In this document: piece after piece, positions 62,907 to 64,000 of the stretch | Numbering within the stretch: position 1 is the first letter of the stretch | How the letters are laid out: each line of letters opens with the position of its first letter | Source: Mobula hypostoma | Lineage: Eukaryota | Assembly: GCF_963921235.1 (NCBI RefSeq) | Contig: NC_086097.1 | Coordinates: 56,546,001 to 56,610,000 of the forward strand | Length of the DNA: 64,000 bases | Direction of reading: 5' to 3' | Translations under genes and position numbers: made by a program | The notes under the pieces: model-generated | Seen by the model: the letters and a program-made list of their open reading frames with translations, nothing else | Databases searched by the model: none | Told to the model about the DNA's origin: nothing

Positions 62907-63835
62907 TTGATTACAGCTCAGTGTTCTACACAATCATACCCCCAGTTCTAATCAACAAGCTCCAAAACCAGGGCTTCTATACCTGTCTCTGCAACTGGAT
63001 CCTTTACTTCCTCACCGGGAGACCACAGTCTGTGCGGATCAGAAGTAACATCTCCTCCTCGCTGACAGTCAGCACTGGCACACCTCAAGGATGTGTGCTT
63101 AGCCCTCTGCTTTTTTCTCTCGACACTCACAACTGTGTGGTGGCTAGGCAGAAGCATCCGTTAGTCTTGCGAGAACATGGATCTGCTCCTGGAAAGTCTT
63201 CACTCTCCAGGGTGCAGTCCTGGGCAAGGTTGTATGGAAGACCAGCAGTTGCCCATGCTGCAAATCTCCCCTCTCTACGACACTGATGTTGTCCAAGGGA
63301 AGGGCACTAGGACCCATACAGCTTGGCACCAGTGTCGTCGCAGAGCACCGTGTGATTAAGTGCCTAGCTCAAGGACCCAACACACTGCCTCGGCTAGGCA
63401 CAGCTAAAATGCTAACTATACATTTGCCGATAGCACAACTATTAGCAGAATTTTAGACAATAATGAGGAGGCATACAGGAGCAAGATAGATCAGCTGGTT
63501 GAGGGGTGTCACAACAACAACCTTGCACTCAACGTCGGTAAGACCACGAATTGATTGTAGATTTCAGGAAGAGGAAGTCGAGGGAGCACACATCTATCCT
63601 CACCAAGGGATCAGCAGTGGAAAAAAGGGTGAGCCGTTTCAAGAAGGCATGACTGTGGCCATATTTCATTGTGTGTTTGAGGAGACTCAGTATGTCACCA
63701 AAGACTTGAAAATTTCTACAGATATATCGTAGAGAGCATTCTGTCTGATTGCATTACCATCTGATTCAAAGGACCACTGCCCAGATTGGAAAAAGCTGCA
63801 GGACATTGCAAATTCAGCCAGCTCCATCAAGGGTA
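62907..63835 (+). mobile_element. Rex1/Babar-like RT fragment carrying a nested SINE
   Basis: [18 protein letters not shown] and [18 protein letters not shown] related fragment lies at about 56760-57470. Confidence 0.8.
63151..63391 (-). mobile_element. 5'-truncated CORE-like SINE
   Basis: Minus-strand GTCCTTGAGCTAGGCACTTAA resembles the CORE domain. 9-bp TSD GGCTAGGCA at 63142-63150 and 63392-63400. Confidence 0.65.
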
Positions 63836-64000
63836 CTAGCTTACCCATCATTGGGGACACCTTCAAAAGGCAATAAAAGGCAGCTGTTTTATTCTTCTTA
63901 CTACTTTTGTAATATTTGTATATCTGGGTACTTTTAATGCTACTGTGACACTGTAATTTCCTCTGTTATAAATAAAGTATCTACCTAACTCACCTTTGCC

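Overview
Eukaryotic, repeat-dense vertebrate DNA, most likely a cartilaginous fish (shark or ray). This is inferred from HE1-like V-SINEs, abundant esterase-ORF1 CR1 LINEs and Penelope-like elements. One host coding exon is recognisable: the first coding exon of SLC35F4 on the minus strand (about 40388-40583), inside a CpG-rich region. Bases 1-40387 are then probably its large first intron. Most of the rest is transposable elements: CR1 LINEs (one nearly intact at 50686-54665), Rex1/Babar- and L2-type LINE pieces, Penelope-like elements with hammerhead-ribozyme cores, SINEs, two hAT DNA transposon derivatives, a solo LTR and several nested insertions with visible target-site duplications. The most striking observation concerns three diverged CR1 copies. 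All end ORF1 with T-TTA-AAC-stop, a canonical -1 ribosomal frameshift heptamer, in the phase that leads into ORF2, and two of them have no in-frame AUG before the endonuclease. Also notable are an SLC35F3-like N-terminal extension upstream of the usual SLC35F4 start and palindromic elements built from two opposed hammerhead cores. Gene and family assignments are from memory, not database searches.
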